The notes under the pieces are model-generated. The model saw only the letters and a program-made list of their open reading frames with translations, was not told where the DNA came from and ran no database searches. From NCBI GenBank assembly GCA_013239625.1, contig MU053810.1:1373320-1435874 (forward strand): a stretch of 62,555 bases of DNA, in the 5' to 3' direction. The stretch comes from Lama guanicoe. Its lineage: Eukaryota. Below, piece after piece: positions 39,630-52,329 of this stretch (its first letter is position 1; the number at the start of each line of letters is the position of its first letter). A program made the position numbers and the translations under genes.

Positions 39630-40380
39630 AGAGAAAATTCTCATATTCTGATATAGAAATTGAGAGACTAGTACAATGAACCACCATGTACCCATCATCC
39701 AATTTCAACAATAATCAGCCCACAGTCATTCTTGTTTCACCTCTCCTGCCTCTCATTTCCTCCACCCACCACAATGGTGGTGATATTTTTCAAAACAGAC
39801 TTTATTTTCTTTAGAGCAGTTTTCGGTTCAGGGCAGAAGGTACAAAGATTTTCCATATATCCCTGCCCCCACACATGCGTAGCCTCCCCCATTATTATTA
39901 ACACCCCCCCACCAGAGGGGTACATTTCTTACAATGGATGAGCCTATCCTGACATGACATTATCGCCCAGAGTCCACAGTTTACATTATGGTTCATTCTT
40001 GGTGTCAACCAGAGTGTTTTTAAGCAAATTCCAGATATCATTTAATTTTACCAGTCAAGATTTCACTTGTACCAGAATAAGAACTTAAAAACCATAAGCC
40101 ACAGTTAAACACTTAACAATAATTCCATGACAAAATCAAACATGCAGTCAGGGTTCAGCCTACCCCAGTTATCTCTTAAGTAACAGCAGGTTTTATACTT
40201 TGTTACTGTTGATTTTAAACATCAGGATCCACATAAGGTATAAGCATCCACAGACACGTCTCTGAAGTCTCTTTTAATCTCTAGGTTTCATTCTCTCTTA
40301 CTTCTCCCTTGCAATTTATTTGCTGAAGGAATCAGGTTGGTTGTCCTGTACAACTCACCACATTTTAGATTTTCTAATAT
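39630..40380 (-). mobile_element. Old L1MC-like 3' end with a nested L1MC1-like 3' end (about 39790-40005)
   Basis: Host 'tagtacaatgaaccaccatgtacccatcatcc'; insert 'gactttattttctttagagcagtttt...agcctccccca...agtccacagtttacatt...ttcattcttggtgt'. Confidence 0.65.
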
Positions 40381-40789
40381 ACACTGCAAAATATAATTCT
40401 CCCAAATGAAAGCTGTTGGGTTTTTAAAAATATATATATATAATGTTTGTTTTGCTTTGTTTAACCTACCTATAATCAAAATAGCAGACTTAGAGAAATC
40501 AGCACCATAGAAGGAAGTAGTCAAAATCCCGGCCACTGCATTGCATTCTCCAGCCCACCACAGGCCAGGAGGAGGCAGTGGCTCCTATGCCCAGAGGATG
40601 CTGAGCAGACAGCGAGGCGAGGCCTGTGTCAGGGGTGCAGACAGTGTGAACTGAGGTGTTGAACTGAGAGTTGGGAAGCTCTAGTTATTAGTCCAGTGAA
40701 AATCCACTAAAAACTCACTGCATCCTGCAAGTAAGGAAGTCTCTTATTTTAATGCAAAATTGTAACTTTTTCAATGTGTTTTTCTTTAG

Positions 40790-40870
40790 AGTTCTGTATA
40801 CTCCTTCTCAAATCCATTATATGATGCAACGTCAAGAAGCCCAGAGACCATATCGAATCATCTCAAATAG
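40790..40870 (+). CDS. MALRD1: MALRD1 last coding exon, SSVYSFSNPLYDATSRSPETISNHLK*, with second FxNPxY motif
   Basis: ttttctttAG acceptor (40788-89), phase 0, TAG stop at 40868-40870. SSVYSFSNPLY...HLK* matches the recalled human C-terminus. Confidence 0.93.
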   Translation, partial: SSVYSFSNPLYDATSRSPETISNHLK

Positions 40871-41083
40871 CACCATCAAGATCAAGTATGATCTAGTGTG
40901 TATAGCTTATAGAAAATTCCAGTCCGTGAAATCTGATAGAAACTCATCTTATGCAATAGTAACAATAGAAGGGATTCAGAATACCACTCTAATTATTACA
41001 TTTACAAATGATTTTTCTTACTGAATAATGTTTTCATGGAATGTGAATCAGAACCTTATGTTTATTATATATCCAAATATTTT

Positions 41084-41089
41084 AATAAA
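41084..41089 (+). terminator. MALRD1: Probable MALRD1 polyadenylation signal (3' UTR about 40871-41110)
   Basis: AATAAA ~210 nt after the stop, followed by a GU/U-rich element (gtttcttggtttcctttgatttt). A second AATAAA lies at 41220-41225. Confidence 0.7.
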
Positions 41090-41470
41090 ATATTCCACTT
41101 AAGTTTCTTGGTTTCCTTTGATTTTATTATGGTTATTTTTTAAATGGTGAATCAAATTGTTTCAGATCCTGAATATAAAGAAGTTTTAAAATGCTTATTT
41201 CTATGCCATCGGGCTTAGAAATAAAGGTGAAGTGATTTAGTACACAAACAAGCAGGAGTGAACTAATCACGTAATTCTAATCAATATAACTATGAGTAAA
41301 AGTTTTTTCTGTGTTTTGGAAAAAATGTGACAAGTTAGCATCCTAAACTTGCCTTCATTCAAATAATCATTTAGCATCTATCTTAATAGAAATACAAAAA
41401 TAAACATTTAACATCTATCTTTACATAGACATAAAGATAATGCTAAAATATATGTTAAGCTTGTTGCTCT

Positions 41471-42820
41471 GAACTGAATAGAGAGCCCAGAAATAAATCC
41501 ACACACTTATGGTCAATTAATCTACAACAAAGGAAGCAAAGATACACAATGAAAAAAAGATAGTGTCTTCACGAAATGGTGCTGGGAAAACTGGACAGCT
41601 ACATGTAAAAGAATGGAATTAGCACATTTTCTCACACTATATCCAAAAATTAACTCAAAATGTATTAAAGACCTAAATGTAAGACCTGAAGCCACAAAAC
41701 TCCTAGAAGACAATGTCAGCAAAACACTCTGACATAAATTGTAGCAATACTTTTTTGGATCTGTCTCCTAAGGCAAAAGAAACAAAAGTAAAAATAAATG
41801 GGACCTAATTAAACTTAAAAGCTTTTACACAGCAAAGGAAACCATTGACAACAATGAAAAGACAACCTACTGAATGCCAAAAATATTTGCAAATGATACG
41901 AACAGTAAGAGGATAACATCCAAAATATATAAACAGCTCATACAACTCAAAAAAAAAATCCAAACAACCCAATTAAAAAATGGGCAAAAGACCTGAATAG
42001 ACATTTTTCCAAGGAAGATATATAGATGGCCAGCAGGCACATGAAAAGCAGCTCAAATCACTAATTATCAGAGAAACGCAAGTCAAAACCACAATGAGAG
42101 CTCACCTCACCCCTGTCAAAATGGCTATCCTCAAAATGTCTACAAGTAACAAATGTTGGCAAGGATGTGGAGAAAAGGACACTTTAGAACACTGGTGGTA
42201 GGAATGTAAGTTGGTGCAGCCTCTATGGAAAACAGAATGGAAATTCCTCAAAAAAGTGAAAATAGAATTACCATATGATCTAGCAATCCTACTTCTGGTC
42301 ATATATCTAAAGATAATGAAAACGGTAATTCAAAATGATACTTGCACTCCATTGTTCATAGCAGCATTATTTATAATAGCCAAGATATGGAAGCAACCTG
42401 TGTCCATCACAGATGAATGGATAGTGAAGATGTGATATATATATTTTATATATATATATATAAAATAGAATATTACTCAGACATAAAAATGAAATTCTGC
42501 CATTTGTAACAACATGGACAGAGAATATTATGCTTAGTGAAGTAAGCCAGACAGAGAAAGACAAATGCTCTATGTTATATGTGGAACCTAAAAAATTAAG
42601 ACATTAATATAACAAAAAATAAACAGACTCACAGATATAAAGAACAAACTGGCGTTGCCAGTGAAGAGAGGAACTGGGAGAGGGGCAAGATAGGGATGGA
42701 AGATTAAGAGGTACAAATTACCTATGCATAAAATAAATAAGCAACAAGGATATATTGCACAGCATAGGGAAATACAGACATTATTTTGTAATAATTTTAA
42801 ATGGAGTAAAATCTACAATT
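41471..42820 (+). mobile_element. 5'-truncated, decayed L1 (ORF2 C-terminal part plus 3' UTR), ~380 bp downstream of the MALRD1 poly(A) signal
   Basis: Homologous to the young L1 at 50-52 kb (e.g. [22 protein letters not shown]...CTPLFIAALF) but with frameshifts and stops. Confidence 0.93.
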
Positions 42821-44312
42821 TTTTAAAGCAGCAGCTTTGGGCTGCAAGAAACAGAAACCTCCTTACTCAAATAGCTTAAACAATGTGGCAATTTTTATCC
42901 CACAAATTGGGCTACTGGGAGCTAGGGCATCTGTTTGCTTAGTTATTGTAACAGCTTTGTGCTTTCAGCAAGGACTCTGATTGTTTACAATTTCAATTCT
43001 CTGGCTATGTTTGGGACTTTTCTGAGCTCACTATAGGGGAAGTTGTACACTGTAAGTTTCACTACCAACATTAGTGCCTTTTCTGAGAATACAGACTGGA
43101 GAGAAATAATACTTTTCATTAAACTTGCAATAAACTTAATCTGAAATTTTATCCAAGTGAATTTTTCAGCCCCATTAACTGCATTCTAGCTTTGCTTTCT
43201 ATGAATAACTTGTTTTCTAATTGCTGCTTTTCTATTAACAACAAAATTCTGACCTTAGAAAAATTCACGCAAGTGCATCAGATGTTGTTGCTGTTGTTTT
43301 GTTGTTTATAGTCATGCCCCTGGCATTGTGGGACATATGCATTTTGGGATGTTTCACTTATTTTAGCTTAAAACTATCATCCAAATATGTTGAGGATCTT
43401 TGTGTAACCTTACAGGATTTGTAAAGAAGCAGAGAATTAAAATTCAGGTATAGTTTTAGCAAAGACTTCAAACCTACTGCATGGAAAATGTAGAGAAAGT
43501 GTACTTTCTTACAAAAGAAATAATAAAAATGATAATCCAACTTAAATTGGCATGTTTCATAGGCACATTGAAGGAATTCATAACATATACATAGCTCCTG
43601 ACTGCGACTAATTACAGAAAATCTACAGAAAATAGAAATTAAGAAACTCTTAAGAGTATTTAAAATTTTCTTTAGGTGCAAGTTAAATGTCCTCTAAAAT
43701 GTTTAAATCAAACATTTGTGAGGTCTTATAAATACACACAGCAATTCTATGAAACTGAAAGAATGAAACTGATTTTTCTTATTCAATAAGTAGATGAGGT
43801 AGGTGCCTGTGTTGTTTTCATAATGTAATGTGAGATTTAGCAATAAAAATGTATTTTTATTTGCATCTTTCTTCCTCTGAAAACTTTTTGATGTAAGTCC
43901 AAATTTGTACCATTGTGATTTTTAAAATAGGCAAAAGAAGGAAAATAGAGGAAGGAACAACAGGAAGCATACAGGATTCACAAATTACATAACTCAGCTT
44001 TAAATCATGAAAATATTTCAAATACTACACTGGAAAGACAATCTACTGAAAGTAATGTTTTGTTTTGTTTTGTTTTAAGCTGGCAAATATCAGGAGAATG
44101 GATACCAATGAGTTGTGCTGACAGATTCTCAGGGCTTTAAGTACACAAATATTTAAGACAGCATCTTATTGTTGTCCGGATTCACGTGACCAACCTTCTC
44201 TTTCCCAAAATATACTTTTAAGCATATTAATAACAAACTAATAAGTACAGATTATCTGCCAAGTACTGTTCTAAGTATTTTATGTGTCTTCTCTCATGAA
44301 CATGGATATAAT

Positions 44313-44515
44313 GTGCTATGTATTATGGTAGACAGCCACATGTGGATATTTAATATGAAATTTAACTAAAATTAACTGAAATTTGAAAATGCATTTCTTC
44401 AGTTGTACTGGCCACATTCCAAGTGCTCAACAGCCACATGTGGTTTGTGGCCACTGTGTTAGGTAACAAGGAGAACAATTCCATCATCACATAAAGTTCT
44501 CTCAGAAAGCACTGG
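44313..44515. mobile_element. MER33/MER3-type hAT MITE
   Basis: 'agccacatgtgg...ttcttcagttgtactggccacattccaagtgctcaacagccacatgtgg...ttccatcatcacataaagttct'. Confidence 0.8.
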
Positions 44516-46379
44516 TTTAGAGCAATGTCGAAACATTTTCCTATAAATAGTAGAGCAGTAATCTCCATAAATCTAATAAGCACTAAAAGTATTTCTCAGG
44601 ATGTGTATTTTAACTATAATCAGCCACTTTAAGCATGATGATGATAGTAAGTTATAAATAAGACAAGGCATATTTAGCTATAAGCAAACTAGCAAATGTG
44701 ATAAAGAAGTTTATTTTAATAGTGCTTTCTTGGCATATAAATATAACATATCATTCTATTATACCCAAATCATCTTTGCCTATTTTTTTCTACATTTAGA
44801 TGGCATTTTGAAAAAAATGTGTAAGAATTTGCTTTTCCTTTTTCATCTTCTTGACTGTCAGTCATTTTTCACCTTTAGCACACTAAGAACTGAAGATTCA
44901 TGAATCCTTTAAATAGTAACTGCCTTGTATTTAGCCTTATAGGGCAGTACTTCAGGTAAACCAACTACTATATTCATGCCAATGTCTTCCTCAGTAAGTA
45001 GTCTTAAACTTTATTCTTAAAAATAAAAACCAGGGGAAATCCATAAAAGGACTCTGAGGTGTTTTTTTTTTCCAAAAAGCATTTTAAAAAACAAGATTTC
45101 AAGTATATATTTCACTGTGTCAACAATGACAGCTTGCTAAGTCTTCATGTTACTATCCTTTTCTATCAACTTGCAAAACACCTGGGATTTCACTGCTGAT
45201 GTGTCTAGAAAACCAATGCAAGTGTTATTATCTAAAATAAGTAATCATCGAACCTAAGACTTTGCTCTTTAAATAATTACAAGTGAAGGCACCACTTTGT
45301 AATAATCATCCACTTTGTGAAATTTCAGTGAAACTGGTTAAATGCCATACCCTGAATTAAAAAACTCTAACTATGAATCAGTTAAAGTATGCACGAAAAA
45401 AAATGAATTAATGATTATAATACTTAAGGATCCACTTAAAAAGTCACTCTGGTACATGTCATTAAACATCCTGAGAGAGTGAAGTGCTCTAAAGGAACTC
45501 ATTTTCAAAAAAAAAAGAACTCATTTTTTTCTCTAGAACATGGAAGCAATAATAAAGACCAGTTTTATTTTCCTAATTTTTAAAGTATTTATTTAGTCCT
45601 AGTTCTAGTCCCTTTTAAGACAAGTTCCTTGGAGTTTTATAGTATTTGCCCAGAGCTGTGTTACTGAGAAATCAGCTGAGGGAATTACCAGTCAGTATAT
45701 AATTTGGGGCCAGTAAAAGAAATGCAGCAAAACAGATCAGGATTAACAAACAAGGTTGTTGTTTGTCTAGCTTGCTGTTTGTCTAGCTAGCTTTTTTTTT
45801 TCCCAACAGATATTAACCATTTAGTCCATCACTAACCATAAACTAGTAGCTAAAGAAAAAATTAGTCACTGTGGGATAATTATATTTGTCATTAATTTGT
45901 TCAACAAATATTTGTAAAGAAATATTTATAGTGGAAGACGTGAGACAAAGCAGTGAGACGGTGAGAGGAGATCTGAGTAACAAACACGCTATGTAATGTG
46001 GCCTCGTCCCACCTGGGACTTCTGTCTTCCCCTCGCTGCTGACCTCAAAACTCTTCTCCCCAGCTTCTTCAAATATACCAAGTAGGAAATTAAATAAAAT
46101 AAAAAATTTATAAAATAAAGTGGATCATTAAAACTAAGTGTTGGCCCTTAAAAAAAAGTAATAAACCCCTGATGAAACAAAAAAATAAAACTTAGGGGAA
46201 ATAAATCATAAACTAAAAAAGCTCTAAGGAAACAAGTCAAAGAAAAAAATATACAGCCAATGTCAGAAATGTAAATGATAAAATCATCACGGATCCTACA
46301 GATAGTAAACTGACGATAATGATATTAAAAAAAAAAAGACAAAAAAACTTTACAACCAAAAATATTACAATATCAAGCT

Positions 46380-46640
46380 TTAGAAGCCAGTTATAAGTAA
46401 TTTTTGGACATGTAATGTACAGCACGGTGACTGTAGTTAACAATACTGTATTGTACATTTGAAAGTTGCTAACAGTAAATCTTAAAAGTTCTCATCACGA
46501 GAAAAACAAACTCAATATGCAAGGTGGTAGATGTTAACTAAACTTATTGTGGTTATCACTTCATGGTATATGCATAGCAAATCATTATGTTATACACTTT
46601 AATACAATGTTATATGTCAATTATAGTTTGATAAAACTAA
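46380..46640 (+). mobile_element. L1MA9-like 3' end inside an older L1 remnant (about 46050-46960)
   Basis: 'atgtaatgtacagcacggtgactgtagttaacaatactgtattgtacatttgaaagttgctaa...ttctcatcac...atgttatatgtcaattata'. Confidence 0.8.
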
Positions 46641-49600
46641 AAATATAATTCTTCATTATAAAAAAGTAATTTATATTACTGAATACTAACAAGTTTGGAA
46701 ATCTGGATAAAATTCATGATTTTCTAGGGAAGTGCCAATTACAAAAATTGATTCAAGAGATGACAGAAAACATGGAGGACTAATCATGGAGGAACTGAGA
46801 ACTCAAAAAGCTGAATGGCTTCGAAGGAAATTATTTCAAATCTTCTAGAAGCAGAGTTCTATGCTATTTAAACTATTCTAAGCCATCATTCCCCTTTTTA
46901 ATCGTAACAGCTACATTATGATGTTAACAAAATTAGAAAATGGCAAAGAAAAAAGTAATTTGGACTCATGTACTTACAAAAATTAACAAAAAAAATCCTG
47001 CATTAAATTTTACCAACTCCCAAGCAAGCCAGGTTCTCTCTGATGGGAAGTTGCATGTTAAGCAAAGACACATGAAAATGGAAGATGGACCGAAGGCAAC
47101 AGAAACTGAGACATCTGAAGGAAATGCCTAGAAAGATGGTGATCTTGCTCTTGCCACTACGATGCTCTAAGCAACTCTGCTTCAGATCTTTCACACATTC
47201 TGATTGTTCTTTTTCTTTAATTTTGAGAGCTCCCTGGTATATAACTAGGAAATGTATTCATTTAAATGGCATTAATTCTGTCCAGGTAGGTAAGTAGCAC
47301 ACTCAGACTCATGTATCATCCTACCCTACATGTACACACAGATGTTGCACTGTTTGGAGAGAAAGGAAAAGTCCTTATGTTTGGACAACGTGCAGTCCAA
47401 CAGAGAGCTTTGTAATGGTGGAGCAAACAAGTTAGGCTCTTAAGAACAATACAGATACAGAGACAGACATAGATAGAGATGTAGGCGCGGATGTAGCTGT
47501 AGATATAGACACATGTATATAGATGTGTGTGTGTGTGTACATGTATATACACATATATACACACATAATAGAGAAAGAGAGAGCATATTGGTCTAGTTTG
47601 TGTTAAATTATAAGACTGAGTCCTAAGTCCTTTCTTTTGCTATCCTCTTGTTAATCCATCCTAGTCTAATTAAGACAGCTTGACCATGGGCATCATGGGA
47701 AGAGGTCATCTCTCCACACAGGGTCAGCTGAGCCAAGACAGAATGTCTGGTGGCCACTTCCATGTCTGCACAGTCCTTAGGTTCATGGGACTCTGTTCCT
47801 TAAGAAAACCCAGGTTAACAGTCTAGACGCAGATCTTTCCCCTCCATGTAAAAAATGTTAAGGAACTTACACAGAAGCTAAAAACAACTTCTCACAAGAT
47901 TTTTCTTTTTTAATTTAATATCGGTCGCTTTACGTGCTTAATGTGCCTATTAGAAAATGTATTTTTTTTTTGTAGTGCCTAGAAAGCTACAAAAATCTCC
48001 TTAGTTTGTAATTAATTTATACATCTTCCTACCACATGAATCCCCTGGGAAATTTTTATCAGAAAAAGATTGGAATTTCACTTTTTGAAGGACTTTAGAT
48101 GAAGTACATCATAATCAGAGATATTATACTGTAAAATTAAATAGAATAAAATATTTAATTTTCATTTAAAATTATAAATGTTAGCAGAAGAAAATGGTGC
48201 AAAGTAGCCTCCGCCCTGTGTATGATGAAGACAAGACAAATTATGCCTGTGCCAAGCAGGATTATCATGACCTAGAGATTTCTGAAAAAGAATTTCAAGA
48301 TTCTCAAGAGCACTAGACATTTTGCTCTCAATGGATACCTATTTGGCAGATACCCATTTGCAGTTCCCTGAAGCATTTGCATTTCTCCACACTCAAATTG
48401 CTTGCCAGATATAAATATGAAAATAGACAATTTCTAATTCAAAGGAATTCCAGTTCCATGCTTGGTATAATACATTTCAATGCTTGATCATTTGGTATTG
48501 CCACAGTCATTAAAATCAATTCTTTGAAACTGAATTACTCATTTGATGTGCTTTACATTAACTGCAGCACCACCTACCATACTGAAATGTATGTCGGAAA
48601 GAGAGAGGGTATCTTCCCCAGGAAAGCCTGCCTCTGAATGATTATTTCTATCTGATGTTACAGAAAAAGCTTTGACAAGAGGCACATATCAATTCCGCAC
48701 AATTCAGCTAGTCCTTCTATGATTGATGCATAATAGATACCATTGTAGCTGCTCCAAACATCCTTGTTCCTCTTCGTCACTCTCTATCACACCATGACTT
48801 GAAAGACAATGAGCACGTTGCTGCATTTGAAAAGCTTTGATCTGCTGCAGCTTCTAGAGGCAGAACTGAAAAGAAAGAAAGGGGGATGGAAGGAGATTTC
48901 AGAAACCCAGCCCAGTGCTGCTCATTCCCATGCGGAGCATAAGCCATCACCAAGCCAAAGATGAGAATAAAAGGAGTTCAATTAATGCAAGAAAACGGCC
49001 CATGCTGGATGTGTTTCTATCAACCATATCATACCAGTAACTATAATTTGAAAGTTGAAAAAATAGGAACACATTAGTATTAAAATCTCAACTTCTTTTA
49101 TTTGTATGTTTTATTGGAATGGAATGTGTTTTACAGCAACTGAAAAGACAAATATTCTATTTTCCCTATGTCTTTGGATCCAAAATATCAATGTAAGTGA
49201 AAATGAAGTAAAAAGTATTAGGAACAAATTAAGCAGTGTTCTTCCCATTGAAAGCTCTGCATTAAAAATTCCACCTCTTGCCTGGGGCGCCACACTGATT
49301 GTAAATTTTCAGAGGTATATTTTGAAACCTGATACCCTGGAAGGTGATTTTATAGTGCCAATTTATTATTCTCCTTACCATTGCAAGGACTAGAAAGTGG
49401 AAGATTTCATCTAATTGCTTGTTTAGAATAAAATACCTTTTTGAAAATTAAAACCTTTTAATTAAAAAAACTGTGATAAAACTCACATAACATAAAGTTT
49501 ACCATTTTAACCATTTCTAAGCATACAGTTCAGCGGTATTTTGTACCGTGACATTATTGTGCAGTCAATCTCCAGAACATTTTCATTTTGCAAAACAGAA

Positions 49601-49739
49601 ACTCTATACACATTAAACACTAATTCCCCATTTCTCCCTCCCCTCAGCCCCTGGCCCCAACCATTCTACTTTCTGTCTCTAAGAATTTGTCTACTCTAGG
49701 TACCACATATAAGCAGAAACACACAGTATTTGTCTTTTC

Positions 49740-51907
49740 TTTTTTTTTTTTTTACATTTTTATTGATTCATAATCATTTTACAGTGTTATGTCAAATTCC
49801 AGTGTTCAGTACAATTTTTCAGTCATACATGCATGTATACACACTCATTGTCACATTTTTTTCTCTGTGATTTATCATAACATTTTGTGTATATTTCCCT
49901 GTGCTATACAGTGTAATCTTGTTTATCTGTTCTACAATTTTGAAATCCCAGTCTATCCCTTCCCACCCTCTACCCCGCCTCCCCCGCGGTAACCACAAGT
50001 CTGTATTCTCTGTCCATGAGTCCATTTCTGTCCTGTATTTATGCTTTGTTTTTGTTTGTTTGTTTGTTTTTGTTTTTTAGATTCCACATATGAGCGATCT
50101 CATATGGTATTTTTCTTTCTCTTTCTGGCTTACTTCACTTAGAATGACATTCTCTAGGAACATCCATGTTGCTGCAAATGGCATTATGTTGTCAGTTTTT
50201 ATGGCTGAGTAGTATTCCATTGTATAAATATACCACATCTTCTTTATCCAGTCACCTGTTGATGGACATTTAGGTTGTTTCCATGTTTTGGCTATTGTAA
50301 ATAGTGCTGCTATGAACATTGGGGTGCAGGTGTCATCCTGAAGTAGATTTCCTTCTGGGTACAAGCCCAGGAGTGGGATTCCTGGGTCATATGGTAAGTC
50401 TATTCCTAGTCTTTTGAGGAATCTCCACACTGTTTTCCATAGTGGCTGCACCAAACTGCATTCCCACCAGCAGTGTAGGAGGGTTCCCCTTTCTCCACAG
50501 CCTCTCCAGCATTTGTCATTTGTGGATTTTTGAATGACGGCCATTCTGACTGGTGTGAGGTGATACCTCATTGTAGTTTTGATTTGCATTTCTCTGATAA
50601 TTAGTGATATTGAACATTTTTTCATGTGCTTTTTGATCATTTGTATGTCTTCCTTGGAGAATTGCTTGTTTAGGTCTTCTGCCCATTTTTGGATTGGGTT
50701 GTTTATTTTTTTCTTATTGAGTCGTATGAGCTGCTTATATATTTTGGAGATCAAGCCTTTGTCGGTTTCACTTGCAAAAATTTTCTCCCATTCCGTAGGT
50801 TTTCTTCTTGTTTTATTTCTGGTTTCCTTTGCTCTGCAGAAGCTTGTAAGTTTCATTAGGTCCCATTTGTTTATTCTTGCTTTTATTTCTTCTAGGAGAA
50901 AATTTTTGAAATGTATGTCAGATAATGTTTTGCCTATGTTTTCCTCTAGGAGGTTTATTGTATCTTGTCTTATGTTTAAGTCTTTAATCCATTTTGAGTT
51001 GATTTTTGTATATGGTGTAAGGGTGTGTTCTAGCTTCATTGTTTTACATGCTGCTGTCCAGTTTTCCCAACACCATTTGCTGAAGAGACTGTCTTTATTC
51101 CATTGTATATTCTTGCCTCCTTTGTCGAAGATGAGTTGACCAAAAGTTTGTGGGTTCATTTCTGGGCTCTCTATTCTGTTCCATTGGTCTATATGTCTGT
51201 TTTGGTACCAATACCATGCTGTCTTGATGACTGTAGCTCTATAGTATTGTCTGAAGTCTGGGAGAGTTATTCCTCCAGCCTCTTTCTTTCTCTTCAGTAA
51301 TGCTTTAGCAATTCTAGGTCTTTGATGGTTCCATATAAATTTTATTATGATTTGTTCTAGTTCTGTGAAATATGTCCTGGGTAATTGGATAGGGATTGCA
51401 TTAAATCTGTAGATTGCCTTGGGCAGTGTGACCATTTTAACAATATTGATTCTTCCAATCCAAGAGCATGGAATATCTTTCCATTTTTTAAAGTCTTCTT
51501 TAATTTCCTTCATCAATGGTTTATAGTTTTCTGTGTATAATTCTTTCACCTCCTTGGTTAGATTTATTCCCAGATATTTTATTACTTTGGGTGCTATTTT
51601 AAAGGGGATTGTTTCTTTACTTTCTTTTTCTGTTGATTTATCGCTAGTGTAAAGAAAGGCAACTGATTTTTGAACATTAATTTTGTAACCTGCTACCTTG
51701 CTGAATTCTTCGATCAGCTCTAGTAGCTTTTTTGTGGACCTTTTAGGGTTTTCTATATATAGTAACATGTCGTCAGCATATAATGACACTTTTACCTCTT
51801 CTTTTCCAATTTGGATCCCTTTTATTTCTTTCTCTTGCCTGATTGCTGTGGCTAGGACTTCCAGGACTATATTGAATAGGAGTGGTGATAGTGGGCATCC
51901 TTGTCTT
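49740..51907 (-). mobile_element. Young lineage-specific L1, 5'-truncated (~2.15 kb), with poly(A) tail and TSD
   Basis: T-tract at ~49740-53. TSD gtatttgtcttttc (49726-39) / gtatttgtcctttc (51908-21). ORF2 frame intact. Confidence 0.97.
50077..51906 (-). pseudogene. L1 ORF2p C-terminal half (RT motifs RQGCPLSP and YADD through the CCHC knuckle); frame open but no start codon or promoter
   Basis: The 570 aa track ORF extends upstream without stops to [19 protein letters not shown]..., giving 610 codons including the stop. [18 protein letters not shown] = CX3CX7HX4C. Confidence 0.95.
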
Positions 51908-52329
51908 GTATTTGTCCTTTCATGACTGGTTTTATGTCATTTAGCATGATGTCCTCAAGGTCCATCCATGTTGTAGCAGGTGTCAGGATTTCCTTCCTTT
52001 TTAAGGCTGAATAATTAGAATAAAATACTTTTAAACTTCTACTATTATTTTTCATATTGCTGAGACTATATATAGAACAAAATATTGTCTACCTTGTCCA
52101 CTGGATTCTTTGTTATATTAGTTTTAGTTATTTTATATTTGAATTTATAGAGAAAAAAGGATGATGTTTATTGACTTTAGAATGAAGCATATTAAAATAA
52201 ATTTGTAATTTCAATTTATAACTAATGTTTTATAAGAGGAGAACATCAGGTCTTCATTAATTAACAAGGCTTTTTTAAAGCATAGCACTTTTTATTCTAG
52301 AGACTTCCTGTATTATGTAGGTAAATTAT

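Larger units (their letters stand above)
49455..52015 (-). mobile_element. Older L1MB-like 3' end split by the young L1 insertion
   Basis: The host sequence runs 'cataacataaagtttaccattttaaccatt...acagtatttgtc' and resumes after the insert as 'ctttcatgactggttttatgtcatttagcatgatgtcctcaaggtccatccatgttgtagca'. Confidence 0.85.

Noticed and set aside
45760..45791. Short tandem duplications (also about 5946-5968, 6002-6029, 48335-48364) and small hairpins (14284-14301)
   Set aside because: These are ordinary slippage products or chance palindromes with no array structure. Nothing CRISPR-like is present, and the DNA is eukaryotic.
50579..51139. 186-aa + strand ORF and other ORFs overlapping L1s
   Set aside because: These are antisense shadows of L1 ORF2, typical of L1 sequence.
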